Origin: Schmidtea nova
Taxonomy: Eukaryota
Length of the DNA stretch: 64,000 nt
Assembly: GCA_044892505.1 (NCBI GenBank)
Contig: CM097883.1
Coordinates: 286,006,001-286,070,000, forward strand
Direction: 5' to 3'
Shown: positions 24,201-31,400 of the stretch, piece after piece
Position numbering within the stretch: position 1 is the first letter of the stretch
Layout of the letters: each line of letters begins with the position of its first letter
Position numbers and translations under genes: made by a program
Notes under the pieces: generated by a model
What the model was told of the DNA's origin: nothing
Databases searched by the model: none
What the model saw: the letters and a program-made list of their open reading frames with translations, nothing else

Positions 24201-27200
24201 CATACAAGACTTGGAAAGTGATCGCAAAAATGGGAAAAGCGATGTTTAAACGAGGAGAAATAGGAGATTTAAAAATCAAAGTGAAATTACCAAACGAAGA
24301 CACAAAAGAAATTGAAGTAATCGCGGATTGCACAATAGAAGAATTAGTTGATGTTATCAATGAGACTTTATTACAACGGGAAAAAGAAGACGAATTAGAA
24401 GACGATATCATCATAAAATATAATGAACACGTACTAGGAGATCATGATGAGAGACGATTATATAAAATCGGTATATGGGATAATCACCAAACAATTCACG
24501 TTATCAGAATGGATGATACGTCAAGAGAAACACCAAAAGACGAAAAAAGGAGACAAGAACGTCGAAGAGAAGCGATGCACAAACTAAGACAAATAATAGA
24601 AATTTATCGAAGATGGCAGATACAGCCAGAATGGGAAAATGTATTAGGAGAATTAAACTTCAACGAACGCCGATTAACACCAGTAGAGAAACACTGGGAT
24701 GTTAAAGAGAAATGCTGGAAAGCAAAAGGAGGTATATATGAAGAGGAATTTAGACCAGAAATGGAAGATAGATATGAACCAGAAATCAGAAGAATTTGTA
24801 TGGTAACAAGAAAAGTCATGCCAACAGATTTGGATGGACCAGAAACCGCAGCAATATGGTTAGAAACGCAAAGACGAAAAGCTGACGAACTTATTGAATT
24901 ACTAAAAGGAAATGTACAAGGAAAAAGGCGAACGATCAAAGGATTAGCCGAATTCTTTGTAGCAGGCGGCGAAGATATAATCAGTTTAAGAAAAGTAGCA
25001 AAGGCAGTAACAGAATATAAACGAGTTAACGAGTGGTGCCCAGAACAATTAGACAATATAATCAAGAAATGGAGAAACCAAGAAAACGCCCAAGAACCAC
25101 CGCAGAAAATACATTTAAGGATAATATATCCAGATCGAGAAAAAGAAGAGCTTTGGGTAAGATTAACTGAAAAGATTCGAGATGTTAAAAAGAGATTAAA
25201 ATATGAACCACCATTTCATCTACAACATCAAGGACGATCACTAGAAAACGATATGGAAATTTTGATAACGCCAGCACAGTTAGAACTGGCAAATACGTTA
25301 ACAGTAGACGCAATAGCAGGTCAACCATTAAAACTTAAAGAGAAAAGAATAAAAGAAAGTGGAGATACTCAGAATCTAAGGAAGACGATGCAGATAAAAC
25401 CAGGAACAAGCGCAAGGCAGTACGAAACAACATCAATTAAAATCCAAGAAAGAACTCGACCACAACCATACGATACAGAAGAAATATTAACAGACAGCGA
25501 TGATATGCTAGAAGAATTAACCAATTTGACAAAAGAAAAAGGCAATAATATTTTCGAAAGAGTACAAGAGTTACCCACAACGTCACAAGCAATCAATACC
25601 CAAGATGAAGTTGAGCAAGAAATAGAAATAGAAGAAGTGAACGAAATCTCTGAAGAAGAAGCAAGAGGAGCAAATACAGAAAACGAACGATTTACACAAG
25701 AAATGGAAAAATGGTGGGAACAGAGAAATAATGAACCAAGAGATGTTACAGAAGAAACTGGACGAGAAACCAGATTAATTGAAACAGGTACAACAATGGA
25801 TAGACGACCTAGGCGTAGACCAAAGACAGATCCAACCAACATAATCAACAAAACAAAAGAAGAAAGGAGACAAGAGAAATGGGAAGTATGTTTAAAGAAA
25901 CTCAACAAAATAGCAGAAGCGAAAGACCAAGAAATAACGCAAAAATGTCAAGGCGAAGGATGGATATCAAAAACACTAATGGAAATATTGGCGATAATTG
26001 ATCCAGAATTGAAAAAATGGTGGAGAATAAACGAAATAAGCGACAAGGCTAAAGCATTACATAGCGCAATCGCACCAATCTTACCCGAACTGATAAAAGA
26101 GAAGACAAAATCAAGCCATTTAGATTGGCAAGGGACCACAACGTTGATAAAGAGGTTAACTGAAGATGCAGAAAATGATAATAAATATGTGATAGCAATT
26201 GCGTATACAATTTATAACTTATTAACATTGAGTAGAGGTAATCCAAAATCCACAGCAATAGAGAAGCACATCAAAAATACAGCAAATATCATAGCAAAAG
26301 AAATAGAACCATACGTCATCAGTAAAGGAGGATGGGAAACATTTGCTAAAACGAATCAAAGAAACAGTCAAGCAAAGAATATGAAAAAGAAATTTGAAGA
26401 AATTTTAGGAGAATTAGAAAAAGAAAAGTCAGGAACAGGAAGTGGAAAATCTTCACTAAACCTGAATTCAATCATAATGATGATATTAATATGGCTAATT
26501 AGCGTTGAAGGAGCAACGGCGTTCGAAGTATTTGATTGCGACCAGGTGGCATTAGGAGAAAAATATTCATTAAGAGGAACCGAACAATGCAAAGATGCAA
26601 CTCCAACAGAATTAAAAGTATTACATAGTAAACAAATATATCACGTATATCAGGAAGCCGACTTAATAAAGACAACAGTTAATGAATGTAAAATATATAA
26701 AACAAGATTTGCTTTTTATTGTGGACATCGCCACTACTCTGCAATCGTAATGCCAGGAACGGAAAGGGAAGCGATAATGTTACAAGGAGAAGATTGCAAT
26801 AAATTGTTCAAACATGGAGAAGTCGAAACAAGAGATCGAATAAAGATAAGAGGAAAAGCTGGAGTAATACTACAACAAACTTATTATGTAGCAGGAGCTA
26901 TCACAGGAGGAGAAGGTTACTGTCAAGGAGCAACATATCCAATATTTGGAGTACCAGCAACTAACATGGTAGTGATCGACACATATACGGTAGAATTAAA
27001 AGCGTATGAAGCATATTTTGACCCAGCAACAGGAGAAATGAAGACGTTATCAATGTGCAAAATTGAAGCCAGTACTTGTCAAACCGGTATGTCAACTTTA
27101 ACATACATAGCAAAAGCAAATGAATGCCAATTACAATTATTAAAGGAAGCAGAGTTCGACGAGGTACAAGGAAAAATCTTTCAGGAAGAAGAGGATGATG

Positions 27201-27565
27201 AAGTAGCAAGAGGAAAACGTCTACAGGGGACAGTAAAAGGAGAGAAACCGTTCACAACTAAAGTACAAGAAAAAGAGGTGAGAATGAGAGAGACGCCAAC
27301 AGTATTGGTTACATCAAACGCAAATATAGGAATGAGGTTTGTAAAAGGAAAACCGGCATTAAAATGTGGTGTTTCTATGTTAGAAACAAATTATCCAGGT
27401 ATTTATGTATCAAGACAAGCAGCACCGAATGCAAAACCTAAGATAGATACTACAGACATCAGATTGCACGTATATTTAAATAACAAATTGGATTTTTATT
27501 TCATAAAGGCCAAGCATCAATGGAAAAAATATACTACGATCTCATTAACAACGACTGTATATTGA
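21227..27565 (+). CDS. Polyprotein part 1: Gag (CA + 3 CCHC) - Ubl-like modules - Bcl-2-like - signal peptide - N-half of glycoprotein
   Basis: 2112 codons; frame open from 21134, first in-frame ATG only at 21890; domains listed separately below. Confidence 0.9.
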   Translation: MRSRAVSATIEKVDNSQRNKSKQRATSATKKTNPKGSKSRRVIVEKSKIENSKLTKTNESETEESASETYDNYNNTEASDNESINTEEVEAEIDNNSNETNNEHTSETRGNESKTTQDSGIEINEHKEEIKDKFTGEPFNGDASKLETFLKEFGIFVEVCKWKPETIRSRIQLYLKDSALDLYLEAKNSDDQLDSWEKIKNFFQQTFGINKVLNEAFTEFSMRKQKVNESNAVYASELKKLAKLAFNQNSPMSPELMAAIFVGGLRRPYIRAQVGCQGCKTIDEALEIANRFELHMIGSEGRIYLAMDTTQNEQAIKINNHIPNSQQLNRPPPQRRNEGNKIQNYRNQNNYSTQGQTKQCQTCGKLGHWQQECFANLNCKKCGRKGHSESRCYLNSCYNCGQPGHMAKNCQQQNNQQRNWSNNGNRQNYTNQQSNGNRQNFENQQSNYNQNKSTTKEIHLLQEVQRLTELINNTPRGNQQTNQQQMNMMRKVESENERLNRESQARHAQEWARIQREDEQKRQERERQPLRINMMRATNQTRDNKEDIEPETNQINPNPEDEENQKEIVQENEEVIEQKMMLVVMPNDHVFRFEYDEKEEVGVLINKVNKTIPGMTKLPREAFLQTEDEAAIKLKPTDIWKDLGVPMNKMKVTVIQEIEENNDEEKSKPVTKVKSRALKIFEEKIKQRKAMEIEKRRGQIEEPKNNDKKEEIPPKNVPDKVEQTAHINMLRNLTREFSDVESDSDVSSLAGDMLKEPENEDNKIEVAKTPENIQIKEDEIQKLLDNALEVIYNEEFIDKKRYRKFIRAVFRMNYKERLQSREIEILSGYVVKLLDEPLHEYIILIEINECSPRIWIKSPCTNEIYRWVEDRLGSSYKNKFIYSGNELVRRATHLVETGIWPGEITTLSICDNKKEENLQEIAKEANMCFEMRIKPQLVERKERILRENLNSLIEQIIQQIDKNREELTKTEYEKLKQCIENIRDTSHTRHSSYKTWKVIAKMGKAMFKRGEIGDLKIKVKLPNEDTKEIEVIADCTIEELVDVINETLLQREKEDELEDDIIIKYNEHVLGDHDERRLYKIGIWDNHQTIHVIRMDDTSRETPKDEKRRQERRREAMHKLRQIIEIYRRWQIQPEWENVLGELNFNERRLTPVEKHWDVKEKCWKAKGGIYEEEFRPEMEDRYEPEIRRICMVTRKVMPTDLDGPETAAIWLETQRRKADELIELLKGNVQGKRRTIKGLAEFFVAGGEDIISLRKVAKAVTEYKRVNEWCPEQLDNIIKKWRNQENAQEPPQKIHLRIIYPDREKEELWVRLTEKIRDVKKRLKYEPPFHLQHQGRSLENDMEILITPAQLELANTLTVDAIAGQPLKLKEKRIKESGDTQNLRKTMQIKPGTSARQYETTSIKIQERTRPQPYDTEEILTDSDDMLEELTNLTKEKGNNIFERVQELPTTSQAINTQDEVEQEIEIEEVNEISEEEARGANTENERFTQEMEKWWEQRNNEPRDVTEETGRETRLIETGTTMDRRPRRRPKTDPTNIINKTKEERRQEKWEVCLKKLNKIAEAKDQEITQKCQGEGWISKTLMEILAIIDPELKKWWRINEISDKAKALHSAIAPILPELIKEKTKSSHLDWQGTTTLIKRLTEDAENDNKYVIAIAYTIYNLLTLSRGNPKSTAIEKHIKNTANIIAKEIEPYVISKGGWETFAKTNQRNSQAKNMKKKFEEILGELEKEKSGTGSGKSSLNLNSIIMMILIWLISVEGATAFEVFDCDQVALGEKYSLRGTEQCKDATPTELKVLHSKQIYHVYQEADLIKTTVNECKIYKTRFAFYCGHRHYSAIVMPGTEREAIMLQGEDCNKLFKHGEVETRDRIKIRGKAGVILQQTYYVAGAITGGEGYCQGATYPIFGVPATNMVVIDTYTVELKAYEAYFDPATGEMKTLSMCKIEASTCQTGMSTLTYIAKANECQLQLLKEAEFDEVQGKIFQEEEDDEVARGKRLQGTVKGEKPFTTKVQEKEVRMRETPTVLVTSNANIGMRFVKGKPALKCGVSMLETNYPGIYVSRQAAPNAKPKIDTTDIRLHVYLNNKLDFYFIKAKHQWKKYTTISLTTTVY
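21635..22456 (+). other. Ty3/gypsy-type Gag capsid and nucleocapsid
   Basis: PFNGDASKLETFLKEF...SWEKIKNFF...Q..NES...Y...L; three zinc knuckles CQTCGKLGHWQQEC, CKKCGRKGHSESRC, CYNCGQPGHMAKNC (22304-22456). Confidence 0.9.
22961..25315 (+). other. Up to four ubiquitin-like modules, three preceded by helical segments
   Basis: Clearest: LKIKVKLPNEDTKEIEVIADCTIEELVDVI...IIIKYNEHVL...LYKIGIWDNHQTIHVI (24269-24510); weaker at ~22961, ~23747, ~25109. Confidence 0.5.
25880..26350 (+). other. Bcl-2-like domain
   Basis: BH2-like EIEPYVISKGGWETFAK (cf. Bcl-xL HLEPWIQENGGWDTFVE), degenerate BH1-like LDWQGTTTLI, BH3-like ISKTLMEILAIID. Confidence 0.7.
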
Positions 27566-28400
27566 ACAGAGAAATATTAAAGACGAAACTAGCAGTAGCA
27601 ATTACAAACCCGGATAGTGCGATGCCATTACTACCACTTAACGAAGGTCATTTTGGAAGAGTAGTTGGAGAAGTTATGTATGTATATATATGCCAAAAGA
27701 CACAAGCAAACCTAGCAACAACGACCAGAATACGACAAGGACAATGTACCAACGAATTGGAAATTGAATATAAAGGGAAAATAAGATATGTACAACCAGT
27801 GACAAGAATCATTAACCCAGTTAGTTTTGAACCAAACCCTTTCAATTGCAGCAATGCATACGGACCATTATATCAGAAACCAGACGGGAATTGGGTCATG
27901 TTTCCGTCAAGATCAGAAGTACAACCACCTAGAGAATTTGAATTGATGCAACTTTCAAAAGGACGAAAATTTTCCAATATAGATGTAAATAACGGAGGAA
28001 TTTACAGTGCAAAAGATCTTGAAGCAGCACGACAAAATATATTATTTCCAGCTAGAAGAGAAGCAGTATTATCTAGCATTGTAACGATAACAGGAGGAAC
28101 AAGTTACCAAGGAGGACCAAATTATGAATTATTATTGTCACCAGCACATTTTAGGAAAGCGACAGAAAATATGATGAAAGCAATGTGGGGACGATTTTTA
28201 ATTTTCGGACAAATGATGGCCGGAATATTAGGTGTAATTTTAATCATACAAATAATACGAGTGATAATCACACAAATGCTAGCATGTTTTGATATTTATA
28301 AAAGAGAAAAGAAAGTTAATTGGAAATTAATAGCAGGATTTTTACCATTTTTAGCAAAAACGATGGTGTTACATGGTCACTCCAAAGATATTCACAGAAT
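26468..28400 (+). other. Env-like glycoprotein of chuvirus G / herpes gB-like (class III) type, split by a -1 shift at ~27493
   Basis: Signal peptide SIIMMILIWLISVEGATA|FEVFDC, conserved Cys pattern (FDC, CKI..R..FYCG, YCQG, YLNNKL, DCILNREIL, GEVMYVYIC), furin-like RGKR (27209-27220), C-terminal W..FLIFG...AG TM helix. Confidence 0.75.
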
Positions 28401-30798
28401 AAAACGATTATTAAAAATACTGGCAAAAATGAAAGGAACAGATGAAGACGTGGGAAGAAAATTCAAAAAGATAATGACAGATGAACAAGCGAGATTACAA
28501 TTAAAAAGCGAAAGAAAAGGATTATGGGAAAGAATAAGAGGAGATAAAACTCAAGATGATTCCAGTGATGACGATGATAATAATGACGACTGTGAAGGAG
28601 GGCAAAGGTATAGAAACCAAGCACCGCAATATAGCGACAAGAATCCAACAGAAGCATGGAAATGTCACGCACCTCCACCAACAATGTACCAAGAACCATT
28701 ACAGGTATCAGGACACAGAGCAATGCAAATGATGCCAATGACAACTTTATATCCAATTATACCAGAAGATTATAAACTAAGGCGATGTAGAAGTATGGAT
28801 CCGCAAGACGATTCACTCACAATTGCAGTCATGTCATCAAATACAGGACCAGTATTAACCACAACCATAGAAATAAATGGAAAAGAAATAGAAGCGATGA
28901 TAGATACAGGAGCAAATATTTCGGCGATAGATATTAAATGGATATCGCAAGAACAGAGACAAGAAATTGAAAGAACAAATGTTCATGTAATAGCATGTAG
29001 TAAAGAAATAGTTGAAGTTGCAGGAAGATGGTGGGTGAAAATACGACACCAAAATAGAGAAATCGAAACCTATGTAGCAGTAATACCAGCTTTAAGTGTA
29101 CCATGTATAATCGGAACAGATTTAATGCCAACACTATTTAAAGAAATAATCATCGACCTTGGAACAATGAGATTAAAGGACAGAACAAGGAAAATAGGTG
29201 CCATGGAAGCAAAAATAATGATACCGGAAGAAAGAATCATGACGAGATCACAAACCATCAGAATAAATATGCTCAGAGCGGAAGAAATTAACACAACTAG
29301 TCAAGTAGAAAGTGAGAAAATCGATGTTGACAAAGAAATCGTACGAAAAGCCAAAGAAATAAACGAAAGATGGGAAATCAGACAAGAAAAAGACGTATTA
29401 TGGGATATACGACAAATAATCAGTGATTACGCACGAGGATGCCCAACCAAACCAATTATAATAGAATTACTAAAGAAAATACCAGAGATACTCTTATTAC
29501 AAGATACAGGAGGTGCAACTGCACTACACAATGCCATAAGTTGGGGTAAAACGGAAAAAGTAAAAGAATTTTTGAAAATAGCAAAAGAAACGAATCAAAA
29601 TCTAGACATTGTAAATCGAGAATTAGAAACGCCAATGATGACAGCAACACTAAAACTAGCAGACAAAGAAATAGTAGATATACTGATAAACGCAGAATTC
29701 AACTGGACAGCTCGGGATAGAAGAGGAAATACAGTTTTAGATCATGCAATAATGAGTGAAAATCAAATGATACTAAAACATATAACAACCAACCTCACAT
29801 GGGAAATCGATGAATTAATCAAAGGAGAAATTATGAAAGAAGCGATTCGGAAGGGAAACACTAAAACAATATGGAAACTAATACAATGGAAATGGCCGAA
29901 TAATAAAACATGGGTATTGGATATAAACAAAGAATTTAGCGAAGGACAGAATGCACTATTGAGATACTTATTAGAGTTTACGTGCGATCAGAGAACGATG
30001 TTAGCACTAATGAATAGAGGAAAAATAAATATTAGTAAAAACGAAGAGGAATATAAACTAGAAGTCGAAAAGAAAGCGTTATTCAGGAAAATTTGGATAT
30101 GGTGTCAAAAACAACTACGCAAAGACATAAGCTACAAAAATCTAAATGATTTCCAAGAAAAGTATAAAACGATAATAAAGGAATACAAGAAGCTAGTGGA
30201 GATATTAAACGATCCAGAAAAATTTAATCAAGCAATAAATCAGAAAGAAGAAGAAAGTAAAAGGATACTCACACCATTGTTCAACGCAAAGATAGATTAC
30301 CAAGAAAGATTAGATGCAATACACAAAAAAGCAAAGGAACTATTACCAGAATTCAAAAATACTAAATACGCCTTGGAAATACTAGGCGCGATAGTAGAAA
30401 AAGTACACGCGTACGCGAAAGGAATATATAATGGAAATGATATAATAACTATAAAAAGAGAAATGCCAGTTGCGTTTTTATTAACAAAAGAAAGAATAAT
30501 GCCGATTCATAGAGCATTGAGAGCAGGAAAAGACAGTAAAGTAATCGAAATCGCAAGAGTAATGCATCAATGTGGATGTGATATGAATATGATAGACGAA
30601 AAAGGAGACACCCTTATGGTATACGCAGCAAGAGCAAAAACAAAAATCAAAGTATTAGAAGAGTTATATAAAGCAGGCGCAGGATTAATCGGAAAAACTG
30701 TCAAAGACAACTCAATATTAGACGTGACATTATTAGGTCCAAACTGGGAAATGTTGAATTTCATTAAAACAATAACAAACCAAGAAGAGATTATTTAA
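27520..30798 (+). CDS. Polyprotein part 2: C-half of glycoprotein + TM - retropepsin - ankyrin repeats
   Basis: 1092 codons in the -1 frame relative to part 1; IEAMIDTGANISAI...IIGTD protease; two ankyrin clusters; no YxDD RT, RNase H or integrase motifs seen. Confidence 0.9.
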   Translation: MEKIYYDLINNDCILNREILKTKLAVAITNPDSAMPLLPLNEGHFGRVVGEVMYVYICQKTQANLATTTRIRQGQCTNELEIEYKGKIRYVQPVTRIINPVSFEPNPFNCSNAYGPLYQKPDGNWVMFPSRSEVQPPREFELMQLSKGRKFSNIDVNNGGIYSAKDLEAARQNILFPARREAVLSSIVTITGGTSYQGGPNYELLLSPAHFRKATENMMKAMWGRFLIFGQMMAGILGVILIIQIIRVIITQMLACFDIYKREKKVNWKLIAGFLPFLAKTMVLHGHSKDIHRIKRLLKILAKMKGTDEDVGRKFKKIMTDEQARLQLKSERKGLWERIRGDKTQDDSSDDDDNNDDCEGGQRYRNQAPQYSDKNPTEAWKCHAPPPTMYQEPLQVSGHRAMQMMPMTTLYPIIPEDYKLRRCRSMDPQDDSLTIAVMSSNTGPVLTTTIEINGKEIEAMIDTGANISAIDIKWISQEQRQEIERTNVHVIACSKEIVEVAGRWWVKIRHQNREIETYVAVIPALSVPCIIGTDLMPTLFKEIIIDLGTMRLKDRTRKIGAMEAKIMIPEERIMTRSQTIRINMLRAEEINTTSQVESEKIDVDKEIVRKAKEINERWEIRQEKDVLWDIRQIISDYARGCPTKPIIIELLKKIPEILLLQDTGGATALHNAISWGKTEKVKEFLKIAKETNQNLDIVNRELETPMMTATLKLADKEIVDILINAEFNWTARDRRGNTVLDHAIMSENQMILKHITTNLTWEIDELIKGEIMKEAIRKGNTKTIWKLIQWKWPNNKTWVLDINKEFSEGQNALLRYLLEFTCDQRTMLALMNRGKINISKNEEEYKLEVEKKALFRKIWIWCQKQLRKDISYKNLNDFQEKYKTIIKEYKKLVEILNDPEKFNQAINQKEEESKRILTPLFNAKIDYQERLDAIHKKAKELLPEFKNTKYALEILGAIVEKVHAYAKGIYNGNDIITIKREMPVAFLLTKERIMPIHRALRAGKDSKVIEIARVMHQCGCDMNMIDEKGDTLMVYAARAKTKIKVLEELYKAGAGLIGKTVKDNSILDVTLLGPNWEMLNFIKTITNQEEII
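28850..29180 (+). other. Retropepsin aspartic protease domain
   Basis: TIEINGKEIEAMIDTGANISAI (DTG at 28903) and CIIGTDL. Confidence 0.9.
29500..29790 (+). other. IkB-like ankyrin repeats (three)
   Basis: GATALHNAI...LDIVNRELETPMMTA...ARDRRGNTVLDHAI parallels IkB-alpha ANK1-3 (..LNFQNNLQQTPLHLA...RDFRGNTPLHLA). Confidence 0.7.
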
Positions 30799-30824
30799 CA
30801 GAAACTGTAAAAGGACCAAGCGTA

Positions 30825-31400
30825 TTGACAATGATGCAAAACATCAAATTGACAGAAGAAGTATTAAACTGGAAAATACCAAATACAAATAAACCAGCAT
30901 TTAAAGTTAACAAGTTTATGGAGAAAAATCGAAATTGGTGTATCCAAAGCGCACTAATAACTTATATATGGCCCGAAATTGTAGAAATTTTCATGAGAAG
31001 AGAAGACCTGAGATTTACAAACAAGCCTAAAGAAACGGAAAAGGTAGTCAAATGGAAAGAACTGATGAGAACACACCTCCAAAGTTGGATAAAAGCCAAG
31101 AAAGAAATTATACAGTATCAGTTAGACAAGAAAAAGATACCCGAAGATATAGAATACCAAGAATTCGAAGCAAGTAATTTAACATCACTATATTATGCAA
31201 AACTAATAGAAACAAGTAATGTCGAGGACGACATTTTTAACGAGCTAGGGAGAGATAATAATACTGACAAAGACGATGATGATAATAATGAAAACAATGA
31301 CGACGAGAGAAATAAAGACGATGATGAACAATCTAAAACAATCATGAAAAGAAAGGAACAAGTTACAGAAGGAATCCATTATTCAGACCAGAAGTATTAA
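30825..31400 (+). CDS. Probable polyprotein part 3 (ankyrin-like start, acidic tail)
   Basis: Frame open from 30768, overlapping the end of part 2 in the -1 frame; ETVKGPSVLTMM echoes the preceding repeat KTVKDNSILDVT; D/N-rich tail; its stop overlaps the next ATG (TAATG). Confidence 0.7.
   Translation: MTMMQNIKLTEEVLNWKIPNTNKPAFKVNKFMEKNRNWCIQSALITYIWPEIVEIFMRREDLRFTNKPKETEKVVKWKELMRTHLQSWIKAKKEIIQYQLDKKKIPEDIEYQEFEASNLTSLYYAKLIETSNVEDDIFNELGRDNNTDKDDDDNNENNDDERNKDDDEQSKTIMKRKEQVTEGIHYSDQKY

Noticed and set aside
28660-28770. Retroviral late domains (APPPTMY, LYPII)
   Set aside because: Not exact PPxY or LYPxnL matches and they lie in the Env tail rather than Gag; too weak.
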